The position numbers and the translations under genes were made by a program. A stretch of DNA of 64,000 nt. Source: a bacterium. GTDB taxonomy: Bacteria > UBA8248. The stretch lies in contig OZ242260.1 in the NCBI GenBank assembly GCA_965207065.1, forward strand, positions 2,272,001-2,336,000, written 5' to 3'. Below the pieces are notes generated by a model, which saw only the letters and a list, made by a program, of their open reading frames with translations, did no database searches and was not told the DNA's origin. Shown here piece after piece: positions 11,642 through 20,739 of the stretch (positions within the stretch are counted from its first letter, which is position 1; the number at the start of each line of letters is the position of its first letter).

Positions 11642-12519
11642 TTATCTTTTCCCCCCGAAGGCAGCCGAAAGATCGTGTCTTTCGAGAACGCCGCCCATTC
11701 CCTCGTGAAGGGGGCCGAAGAAGACGCCGGTTATGGTACCCAGGTCTGCGCCCGTCCACTCATAACCGGGTCCCACTTTCCGGAATTCCGCATCTGCGCG
11801 CCCGAAGGTGTTGTCCGACCCATCCACACGGATCCTGTAGCGCAGGTCGCCGTCTCCCCATGTCGCGCCGCTTTCGAAGCGTATGCCGGTGAAGTCGAGT
11901 TCACCGGTGAAGTCACTCATTTCAAGGGTGAGCACAGAGTCCCCGATGACTCCATCTCCAGTGGCCGTTGCCCCTACCAGCGCGCCCCTCCAGGTCACGT
12001 TCTCAGTGAGCGCCTGGTTGTCCCTCAGCGCCGTCGGGGGTTTCGGGCCGAAGACCCAGGGTTGCGGAAGACCGTTTCTGAAGGCGACGCCGAAGGACAT
12101 CTCCCCGGGCTCGAAGTCAATATCCCCGCGCAGATGATACGATATCTCGCTCCATGGTCCGAGCGTTTCCACGGTAATGGCGTCAGGACTGGCGCCGGGA
12201 CTGAAGCGACTGTAGGCAGCGAGCAGACCCTCGCGGTCGATCGGATGGATCGGAACGCGCCGCTGTGTGCCGGGATAAAATCCCACGCTGCTGAGTGTCG
12301 AAGCGTAACGCTCCGGATCCGTGTGGCTCACGAAACCCACCGCGTGGAGCAGTTCATGGACAATTACGTGGGTGACTTCCACGTCGTCAAAGGACCCCAC
12401 AGCCTCGGGGTCGATGATGACCGTGGAATAGCCAGCGCCGTCCTCAGAGATTTCCCACGCCGGCGCGGACTCGTCCTTGACGTTGTAGAATACCCTTGCG
12501 CGGCCCAGTTCCGCCGGGT
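11642..12519 (-). pseudogene. 5'-truncated protein with HEXXH zincin motif and TbpB-like barrel
   Basis: VHELLHAVG; C-terminal GVFFGP.HEGMGGVL..DLSAAFGGKR; the N-terminus is replaced by IS66 sequence from 12520. Confidence 0.65.
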
Positions 12520-12557
12520 CGGCGCCCGAGACCCTCGACGAGGTCCGTCCCCTCGGG

Positions 12558-13106
12558 ATGCGCATCGTCGTGCGCGGAACCCGCGAGGGCAGGCTCTGGA
12601 ACGAGTTCGTCGCCCGCTACCACTACCTCGGCTACAAGACCCTCGTCGGCGCCCAGATGCGCTACGCCGTACATGACCGGGGCGGCAGGCCCCTCGCCAT
12701 GCTCGGCTTCTCCACCGCCGCGTGGAAACTCGCCCCGCGCGATGCCTTCATCGGCTGGACGCCGCAGTTGCGCGAGAAGAACCTTCCCCTCGTGGTCGAC
12801 AACCCGAGGTTCCTCATCCTGCCCTGGGTCAAAATCCCCAACCTCGGCTCGCATCTCCTCGCCATCATCCGCCGGCGACTGCCCGGCGACTGGACCGAAC
12901 GCTACAATACCACCCCCGTCCTCATCGAGACCTTCGTCGAGACGCCACGCTACACCGGCGCCGTCTACAGGGCATCGGGATGGATTCACGTCGGAACCAC
13001 ACAGGGACGCGGACGCTACGACAGATACAAACGCTTCGACAAGCCCAGAAAGGACGTCTGGCTCCGCCCGCTCCGCAATAACTGGAAGCAGGTCCTCAAC
13101 CGCTGA
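12558..13106 (+). pseudogene. DUF4338 (DruA-like) protein, C-terminal portion
   Basis: YHYLGY, N.RFLILPW, ETFVE...TG..YRASGW...TTQGRGR; matches the C-terminal part of 17488-18315. Confidence 0.85.
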
Positions 13107-13752
13107 AACAACTCCCATCACCCTGTCGCCGAACGTTTATTGCGCCAGGCTAAGCCCTGGAGAGGAGGACGCCATGACCTGAAACCTCTCGTAGCGACCC
13201 AGCGGGTTCGACTCCCGCCCGGCAAAGGCGAAGCCGGCCAGCCGGAAGCGAGTCTTGCATGGCGTGCGGCAACGCCCGTCGTGAAGCGTAGACAGCAGGT
13301 GATGAAGCGGCGGGGTAAGCCTCGAAATCGGTCAATCGACGACGCCTTCATTGTTAATCGTGTGGGGGCAGCACCGGGAGCGCCGCCAATGGCGAGGCGC
13401 AACGGGTCGTCCGGGGTCGTGGGCCGGCGCAAAGTCACGGGACGGGTCGCCAGGGAACCTGGGAGATCCTGCTCTTGCCCGTGGGAAAGAACGCTGGAAA
13501 GGGGACGGCCAGCGTGAACAATCCAGACCCCGGCCCGTCGCCGGACCTGCACGGCGGCGGGAGCGCCCCAGGGCGGACACGAACCCGGCAGGCGCCCGCG
13601 GAACCGGCTGGCGAAAACAATAAGCCGAAGGACATGCGAGGGCAGGAAGTCGTAGCGCCCTGATAGTACCGCTGAAGGCGGGGAACCGTGGCCATCGGGA
13701 CCCGCTGGAGGGAAGCGGGGCGTCATCTGTACAGAACCACTGATGGGAAACG

Positions 13753-14420
13753 ATGGAGGAAACTCTGAGTTCCACCAACACGTACACGAAACAGCAGTGG
13801 ATAGCCGAACAGGCGAGGGAGCATCCGGAGCGGGTGTTCACGTCCCTGCACCACCTCATCGACGGCGAGTGGATGCGCGAAGCGTATCGCCGCACGCGCA
13901 AGGATGGGGCGAGGGGTATCGACGGCGTGAGCGCCGCCGACTACGAGAAGGACCTGGAGGTGAATCTTGACGACCTCCTGAGCCGGATGAAGTCGGGTCG
14001 ATACTTTGCGCCGCCGGTGCGTCGGCACTACATCCCGAAGGCGGACGGCACGAAACGACCGCTCGGCATTCCGACGTTCGAAGACAAGGTGGCGCAGCGG
14101 GCAATCCTGATGCTGCTGGAGCCGATTTACGAGACGGACTTCCTGACGTGCTCGTACGGCTTCCGGCCCGGACGGTCGGCTCACGATGCCCTGGGCGCAC
14201 TTCGCACGGGCATCATCGAGCAGCGCCAACGGTGGGTGATTGACGCCGATATCTCGAAGAACTTCGACTCGATATCGCACACCCACCTGCGGTCAATCCT
14301 CGACCTGCGGATTAAGGACGGCGTCGTAAGGCGCATGATTGACAAATGGCTGAAAGCGGGGGTGCTCGAAGAGGGAGCCGTGCACAGGCCGGTCACCGGC
14401 ACTCCCCAAGGCGGGGTAAT
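13753..14420 (+). CDS. ltrA: Group II intron RT/maturase, N-terminal half
   Basis: FTSLHHLID, YIPKADG..RPLGIP, SYGFRPGRSAHDA, DADI..FD and GTPQGGV. Confidence 0.92.
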
Positions 14421-14490
14421 GACACCCCGAACGCAAAAGGCAACTTCCAGTTTGAGCGCCAGATTGTGGCGTGGCGGGATCGTTCGTTAC

Positions 14491-14519
14491 TTGATTATCG
14501 TCGCAAGAGGTAATATCAT
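14491..14519 (+). promoter_or_regulatory. Putative sigma70 promoter of the recombinase element
   Basis: TTGATT-17 bp-TATCAT, 8 bp before the ATG at 14528 (leaderless-like). Confidence 0.45.
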
Positions 14520-14527
14520 TATGACAA

Positions 14528-14848
14528 ATGACGCGTTCAACGAAGTCCCAGAAAGCCGAGCGGATCAACGCAGCCTACACGCTGCTCGCGCAGGGCGTCA
14601 CGGCGAACGAGGCTGTAGCGCTGCTATCGCAGCGTTTCGGCGTATCGAAGCGGCAGTCCTACCGCTACGTTCAGCAGGCGGTAGCCATGGACCGGCCGGC
14701 AGAGCCGGTCGAATCCCGGATTCCCATCACCATCAAGATTCCGGGCGTGTTGGCGCAAGCCCTGCGTACGCACGCCAGAAGCAGCGGCCAGGCCATCGGG
14801 GACATCGTTGCACGGGCCCTGAGACGCTTTCTCCCGGATGTGGATTGA
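14528..14848 (+). CDS. HTH plus ribbon-helix-helix DNA-binding protein
   Basis: LSQRFGVSKRQSYRYV (HTH-like); ITIKIP...IGDIVARALRRFL (RHH-like). Confidence 0.65.
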   Translation: MTRSTKSQKAERINAAYTLLAQGVTANEAVALLSQRFGVSKRQSYRYVQQAVAMDRPAEPVESRIPITIKIPGVLAQALRTHARSSGQAIGDIVARALRRFLPDVD

Positions 14849-14849
14849 A

Positions 14850-15146
14850 ATGGCTGCGCGTCGCCCGGGTTCGCGGCCCGGCGTTGAACTTGATTATCGT
14901 TTCGATCGCCTGTTCGCAGCCAGGCTCCAGAATGCCTACGAGATACTGGTTCCTGATCAGGCCCACAAAATCCCTGCCCGAAGACATGACACAGGAGACG
15001 AGGATGAAAGTCGCAGCCCTTTATGCGCGAGTCTCGGGCGAGCAGCAGAGGGAGAGCAACACGATCGCCAGCCAGACCGAGGCGCTGGTCGAATACGCCA
15101 GGAACCACGGCTACAGCGTCGCGCCGGAGATGCTCGTCGAGGATGA
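14850..15146 (+). CDS. Small ORF overlapping the recombinase start; candidate directionality factor
   Basis: Starts immediately after the HTH-RHH stop; LDYRFDRLFAARLQNAYEILVP. Confidence 0.4.
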   Translation: MAARRPGSRPGVELDYRFDRLFAARLQNAYEILVPDQAHKIPARRHDTGDEDESRSPLCASLGRAAEGEQHDRQPDRGAGRIRQEPRLQRRAGDARRG

Positions 15147-16701
15147 CGGCTACAGCGGCGCTGTTCTCGAGCGTCCGGGGCTGGAGCGGATCAGGGACCT
15201 CGCCGCGGAAGGGCGCTTCGATACATTGGTGGTTCATGCCCCGGACCGTTTGAGCCGCCGCTACGCCCACCAGATGCTGATCATCGAGGAGATGGCCCGC
15301 CAGGGCGTTGAGACCGTGTTCGTGAACGCGCCGTCGATGGAAACCCCGGAAGACAACCTCCTCGTCCAGTTCCAGGGCATGATCGCGGAATACGAGCGCG
15401 CACAGATCCTGGAGCGTTCGCGTCGCGGCAAGCGTCATCGGGCGCAGCGTGGTGAAGTTGCGGTTCTCGGAGGCGCGCCTTATGGCTACCGCTACCACAA
15501 GAAAACCTTCGAGAGCGATGCCTATTATGAAGTGCTCGAACCTCAGGCGTCGGTGGTTCGCGAAGTCTATCACTACTATACTCATGACCACATGAGCATT
15601 GGCGAGATCACCCGCAAGCTCAACGAGCGGGCGGTGCCCACGTCCTCCGGTCGCGGACGCTGGGAGCGTTCGGCCGTGTGGGCGATGCTGCGCAACCCGG
15701 CGTACAAGGGCAAGGCGTGTTTCGGCAAGACCCGCCAGATGCCGCGAAAAATCGTGACCCGTCCCTTGCGATTGCGCGGCGGTGTGGCCGGCGCCACCAC
15801 CGGCGGTCACGAGAAACCGCGTGAGGAATGGATCGAGATTCCGGTGCCGGCGATCGTCAGCGAGGAAACCTTCGCCCTGGCCGAAGAGCGGCTGGAGATG
15901 AACTAGGCCCGCGGGCCGCGCCGAACAAAGACGCCCAGCGTGGTGCAGGGGCTGGTCTCATGCGCCAAATGCGGCTATTCCCTGTATCGCACATCGACCC
16001 GGACGAGCGCCCGCACGATTTACTATTATCGCTGCCTGGGGCCCGATGCATGGCGGCATCTCAACGGGCCGGTATGCGACAATCGGCCGGTGCGCCAGGA
16101 TCTGCTTGACGAAGTTGTCTGGAGCGAAGTCGTCCGCCTTCTCGAGGATCCGAATCTGATCGGCGCCGAGATCGAGCGTCGGCTGGAGGCGGCCCGCGAC
16201 TCCGACCCCAGTCGGCAGCGCGAGACCGACTTGCGGCGCCGGTTGATCAGGGGACGAAAGAGTATCGACCGCCTGGTCAATGCCTATCAGGAGGAGCTGA
16301 TCACCATCGACGAACTGCGCGAGAGAACGCCCGAACTACGTCGTCAGGAACAGGCCCTTCATCGTGAGCTGCAGTCCGTTGTCGACCAGGTCAAGGATCG
16401 GGAAACCTACCTCCGGCTCGCCGACACGCTGACCGGGTTCCTGGCGCGGCTTCGCCCTCCGCCCGGACTCTGGGTGCCATCGAGCAACAGCTCCTTGTCC
16501 GTCTCCTCGTCAAGGAGGTATTGGTCAGTGAGGAGAAGATCACCATTCGCCATTCCATCCCGATCCCGGGGACGTCCCGTGGCAGTCCGGCCCCGTCCGA
16601 ACCCGACGACGGAGGCGAAAAGCAAAGTTACCTTTTGCGTTCGGGGTGTCATCTCGCCAATGCTTTCCAACATCTTCCTGCACCACGTGCTGGATAAGTG
16701 G
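15004..16701 (+). pseudogene. Large serine recombinase (resolvase, recombinase, Zn-ribbon, coiled coil) with in-frame TAG at 15904 and frameshift near 16457
   Basis: YARVS, DDGYSG..LERPGL, PDRLSRR, APYGY, LRNPAYKG and CAKCG...YYRC; the typical C-terminus LVRLLVKEVLV..ITIRHSIP..SYLLRSG continues in another frame. Confidence 0.9.
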
Positions 16702-17325
16702 TTCGAGGAAGAGGCGAGGCCGCGCTTGCGCGGAAACTGCCAGTTGGTGCGATTCGCCGACGACTTTGTCGTCGCCCTGGAAGACCGCCACAGCGGCAAG
16801 CGATTGCTTGACGTGCTGGGCAAACGTCTCGGCCGATACGGACTCACGCTCCATGAGACCAAGACGCGCTATGTGGACTTCCGCCGGAGGCGTCCCTACG
16901 GGCGTCACTGGATGGCGTCGGCCACGACGTTCGACTTCCTCGGCTTCACCCACGTCTGGGGGCGGTCGATGCAAGGCAAGGACGTCGTCCGCCAAATCAC
17001 GGCGAAAGGCCGCTTCGCCCGCGCGCTGAAATCGGTGCACGAATGGTGCAAGAGAAACCGGCACCTGCCGGTCAAGGCGCAGCATGACTATCTCGTCCGG
17101 GCGATACGAAGCCACTGCGCATATTACGGTCTGAGGGGGAACGGCAAACGTCTTCGGTGGTTCCGCTACCAGGTGGCTCGCACGTGGCGGAAGTGGCTTG
17201 CGCGCCGCAACCGCCTGCGTCGCATGAACCGGGACTGGATGAACGCGCTCCTCATGCGATACCCTCTTCCATATGTCTCTTACGCGCGCTCACGGCAAAG
17301 CTTCCTGAGCGAACCTGTCAGGTGA
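16653..17325 (+). CDS. ltrA: Group II intron RT/maturase, C-terminal half
   Basis: SPMLSNIFLHHVLD, VRFADD, LHETKT, FDFLGFTH and the X/thumb domain. Confidence 0.92.
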
Positions 17326-17487
17326 GGAACCGAGTGCGTCAATCGCGCACGCTCGGGTCTGTGGGGGGCGGGGCGCAGAAATGCCCCCGCCTACCCGGCC
17401 AATGCTCCGTAACCGTTCGGCGACAGGGTGATGGGAGTTGTTTCAGCGATTGAGGACTTGCTTCCAGTTGTTCCGGAGGGGACGTAG

Positions 17488-18315
17488 TCAGACATCCTTT
17501 TTGGGTTTGTCGTGGCGTTTGTACCTGTCGTATCGTCCGCGTCCCTGTGTGGTTCCGACGTGAATCCATCCTGAAGCCCTGTAGACGGCGCCGGTGTAGC
17601 GCGGCGTCTCGACGAAGGTCTCGATGAGGACGGGGGTGGTATTGTAGCGTTCGGTCCAGTCGTCGGGCAGGCGCCGGCGGATGATGGCGAGGAGATGCGA
17701 GCCGAGGTTGGGGATCTTGATCCATGGCAGGATGAGGAACCTCGGGTTGTCGACCACGAGGGGAAGGTTCTTCTCGCGCAACTGCGGCGTCCAGCCGATG
17801 AAGGCATCGCGCGGGGCGAGCTTCCACGCGGCGGTGGAGAAGCCGAGCATGGCGAGGGGCCTGCCGCCCCGGTCATGTACGGCGTAGCGCATCTGGGCGC
17901 CGACGAGGGTCTTGTAGCCGAGGTAGTGGTAGCGTGCGACGAACTCGTTCCAGAGCCTGCCCTCGCGGGTTCCGCGCACGACGATGCGCATCCCGAGGGG
18001 ACGGACCTCGTCGAGGGTCTCGGGCGCCGGGATGAGAGGCGCTTCGGTGTCTGGCCCGAAGACGATCGGCCGGGCCGGGTGCCGCGGGCGCTTCGGCGGG
18101 GGAAGCGTGATCAGGCCGTCTCTGTGCATGGCGAGCATGGTCACCCGGGCCATCATGTCCTTGAGTCCGCCGTCGGGCTTGAACCAGCCGATGCGCCGGC
18201 AGAACTCCTTGGAGAGCACGTTGCGATTGAGCGCGGGAGGGCCGGCGATCAGTTCGCGCAGCAGCGCCATCTCTTCCGTCGTGAAGTCGCGTCCGTAGTA
18301 GCGGCACTCGATCAC
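17488..18315 (-). CDS. DUF4338 (DruA-like) protein; premature TGA 15 codons before the copy-1 stop
   Basis: RYYGRDF, C....WFKPDG.LKDM, YHYLGY; KDV* here vs KDVWLRPLRNNWKQVLNR in copy 1. Confidence 0.85.
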   Translation of the reverse strand: MIECRYYGRDFTTEEMALLRELIAGPPALNRNVLSKEFCRRIGWFKPDGGLKDMMARVTMLAMHRDGLITLPPPKRPRHPARPIVFGPDTEAPLIPAPETLDEVRPLGMRIVVRGTREGRLWNEFVARYHYLGYKTLVGAQMRYAVHDRGGRPLAMLGFSTAAWKLAPRDAFIGWTPQLREKNLPLVVDNPRFLILPWIKIPNLGSHLLAIIRRRLPDDWTERYNTTPVLIETFVETPRYTGAVYRASGWIHVGTTQGRGRYDRYKRHDKPKKDV

Positions 18316-18319
18316 GGCG

Positions 18320-20632
18320 TCATCCCGGCGCCGTGAGGGCGCGCCTGCGCTCGGCGCTCATCGACCAGGGCAGCCACGCGGAGAGGTCCCCGGGCGCCCG
18401 GCCGCCGATCTGCGCGCAGGCGGTGAGCCATGCATCGAGCCAGCGGAGCGGGTCGATGCCGTTCGAGGAGAGTGTGCCGAGGACCGAGTACATCATTGCC
18501 GTGAACCCGGCGCCGGCCTCGCTGTCGGAGCCGAACGAGAGCCGCCTCCCGATCACGGGACCCCTGAGCACGCGTTCGATGGCGTTATTATCTGTCGGCA
18601 CCCAGGGGCGCTCGAGGAAGACGCTCAGCCCCTCGCGGTGGTTCAGCAGCGAGCGAAGCGCCTTGCCCTCGCGCGCCTGCGCTGGCAGGGCGGCCAGTTC
18701 GCGTCGGGCCTGCGCGAACAGGCCCTCGAGCGCCTTCTTCAATTCGTCGTGCGCCGCGTCGAACGCCGCGTCCTGGTGTTCGAGACCTGAGTCGTAACGG
18801 GCCAGGCGCGCCTCGTTCAGGCGGTAGAGCAAGGCGATCCGCTCGATCCACCTCTCGCACCACGGCGTCAGGCGCGCCTCGCCGGCCGCGCAGTCGATAA
18901 TGGTTCTTCTTTGGTGTACCCAACATGATGCGAGAGTGACCAGACCCCCGAGTTCGCGCGCCAGCTTCTTGTAGGCGCTGTAGCGGTCGCAGACGAGGAC
19001 CGTATGGCGGCCGGCCGCGCCGAAGAGCTTCATCGCGACCTCCGCACTCCGCGAGGGGTCGACGTGGAAGTAGACGGAGTCTGCGCTTAACGAGGCCCAC
19101 AGCCAGGCGCGGCTCGAGCGCCCCTGCTCGCGAAGCGACTGTATCCGCCAGGTCGTCTCGTCCCCGTGGCGCAGCGCAGACTCGTTCTGGCGGGCGAGGA
19201 TAGCCCCGGCCAGCGGCTCGAACAGGGGCGTGAACCGGTGCGCGCTGTCGCCCAGCGTCCCCGCCGAGACGGCAAGCCCCTGGTCGGAGAGCCACGCGGC
19301 GACCCGGCGCAGCGGGCGGAAGCAGGCGTAGCGCTCGAACAGGAAGCGCGCCCATACGCTCGTCCCGAAGGACGTGCCCGCGAACAGGCGCGGCGCGGGC
19401 GGCGCCGACACCTCCATGGGAGACGATGCGCATTCGCACCCCCGGCGCCACCTCGGACGGCGGATGACGCGCTTGTGGGCCGAGACCTCGATCTCGACGA
19501 GGCTCGATACACGCGCGCCGTTGGCCACGTAGGGCTGCCCGCAACAGGCGCAGACGCGCGCACCGGGCGGCGGGTTGCGAACTTCCGTCCTCGCCTCGAG
19601 CGCGGGACGAGGGGTGCGGCCATGGCCCCGGGCGCCGGGCTGCCCGCCGCGCCTGCGCTCCGAGCGTGGCTTCTCCTGCCGCTCGCTCTTGCGCCCGAAC
19701 AGCCTCCTCGCCAGCACCGCTCCCGTGGCGCGAAGCTTCGCGAGTTCGGCCTCCAGCCGCGCACGGCGGGCTTCCGACTTGCGTAGCGCACGGCGCAACC
19801 GCGCGTTCTCCCTGGTCAGGGACCCGAGCGCCGTCTTCTGGCGCCGCGACCTCCCCAGGGCCTTGCGAAGCGCCTCGTCCGAACGAGGCGTCCTCGAGCG
19901 CGCCGCCTCCTTCGCGCGCAACAGCCGCTCCTTCAGCCCCTCCTTCACTCTGGCTGCGGCCCTGAGAGAGACCCGCAAATCGTCGCGCGATTCCCGTAAC
20001 TTCCCGTAGAGCCGGATAAGCTCCTCTTCACGATACCCGATGGTCTTCTTGTGATCCGCCGTCTCCAGCTTCTCCCAGGCCAGCCGATCCTCCAGCCGGG
20101 CGACATCCTTCTCCCGCCCCTCAAGCTCCTCGCGAAGAGACTCTATCGTCTTCTCCTGCTTCTCCACGACCCGGCGCAGCCGCGCGGCCTCCTTCGGTGG
20201 CAAAGCGCCCGAGAGGGCCTTGTTCAACCGGGCCACATCCTTGCGCAGCGACTCGAGCGGGCTGCGCTCCCCCGGCTCGACTCCCGCTTCCGCGAGCAGC
20301 TTCTCCAGCCGCGCCACTTCCGCCTTGAGCGACAGCGCGTCCTTCGCCGCGCGGCGGGCTTCCTTCGCCTCCCCGGCTACCTCCTCAAGCTTCCTCCGGC
20401 TCTTGTCGAGACACCACTTCAGCGAACCCGCCCGCGCGCGCGAATCCACTTCCGCCCACCGCAACTCCTCGCAGCGCGCCTCCGCCGCCTCCGCGCGCGC
20501 ACGCGCGCGCTCGTACAGCGAACGCCAGTACGCCTCTGCTGTTGCGGGCAACCCGGGAGAATGAGGACATGGGGCATCCGGCCTCTCGACCAACGCCGGC
20601 TTCGTCTCGACAGCTTCCGTGCAAATCTTCAT
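18320..20632 (-). CDS. tnpC: IS66-family DDE transposase with long N-terminal coiled coil
   Basis: LFGRKSE, CACCG, HGDET, CDRYSAY, CWVH.RR, PTDNNAIER.LR and terminal WLPW. Confidence 0.92.
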   Translation of the reverse strand: MKICTEAVETKPALVERPDAPCPHSPGLPATAEAYWRSLYERARARAEAAEARCEELRWAEVDSRARAGSLKWCLDKSRRKLEEVAGEAKEARRAAKDALSLKAEVARLEKLLAEAGVEPGERSPLESLRKDVARLNKALSGALPPKEAARLRRVVEKQEKTIESLREELEGREKDVARLEDRLAWEKLETADHKKTIGYREEELIRLYGKLRESRDDLRVSLRAAARVKEGLKERLLRAKEAARSRTPRSDEALRKALGRSRRQKTALGSLTRENARLRRALRKSEARRARLEAELAKLRATGAVLARRLFGRKSERQEKPRSERRRGGQPGARGHGRTPRPALEARTEVRNPPPGARVCACCGQPYVANGARVSSLVEIEVSAHKRVIRRPRWRRGCECASSPMEVSAPPAPRLFAGTSFGTSVWARFLFERYACFRPLRRVAAWLSDQGLAVSAGTLGDSAHRFTPLFEPLAGAILARQNESALRHGDETTWRIQSLREQGRSSRAWLWASLSADSVYFHVDPSRSAEVAMKLFGAAGRHTVLVCDRYSAYKKLARELGGLVTLASCWVHQRRTIIDCAAGEARLTPWCERWIERIALLYRLNEARLARYDSGLEHQDAAFDAAHDELKKALEGLFAQARRELAALPAQAREGKALRSLLNHREGLSVFLERPWVPTDNNAIERVLRGPVIGRRLSFGSDSEAGAGFTAMMYSVLGTLSSNGIDPLRWLDAWLTACAQIGGRAPGDLSAWLPWSMSAERRRALTAPG

Positions 20633-20739
20633 GCCGACATGATTACCACATGCCGAAAAGTGTTACCAGAGCTTCAGGGAAATCTCTTCGATTATCCGGG
20701 ATGAGAAAAGCGGGCCATCACCCTGTCGCCGAACGGTTA

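Larger units (their letters stand above)
14419..16652 (+). mobile_element. Large serine recombinase integrative element (2232 bp) inserted in the RT gene
   Basis: AT duplicated at 14419-14420 and 16651-16652; 28-bp inverted ends (1 mismatch); removal restores GGC GGG GTA ATC TCG CCA (GGVISP). Confidence 0.92.
13140..17399 (+). mobile_element. Group II intron, full-length copy (class E/F-like), RT interrupted
   Basis: 5' TTGCG; EBS1 loop TAATCG at 13355-13360; J2/3 GGA at 13645; domain V GAACCGAGTGCG...CACGCTCGGGTC; domain VI ending CTACCCGGC. Confidence 0.9.
12520..17400 (+). mobile_element. IS66-family element copy 1 (left part deleted); right IR interrupted by a group II intron
   Basis: 12520-13139 is an inverted near-identical copy of 17410-18028; IR ccatcaccctgtcgccgaacgttta at 13115-13139 with its terminal C displaced to 17400. 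Confidence 0.85.

Noticed and set aside
13200-13225. GGTTCGACTCCC resembling a tRNA T-arm (also near 20805 and 37260)
   Set aside because: Lies within intron domain I; no cloverleaf
13753-15906. 717-aa apparent RT-recombinase fusion (and the 461-aa recombinase-RT ORF at 15940-17325)
   Set aside because: Explained by an insertion with defined att junctions; the recombinase has its own RBS and ATG at 15004
12558-18315. Druantia defence system
   Set aside because: Only DUF4338 is present, inside IS ends; no DruE helicase or other dru genes
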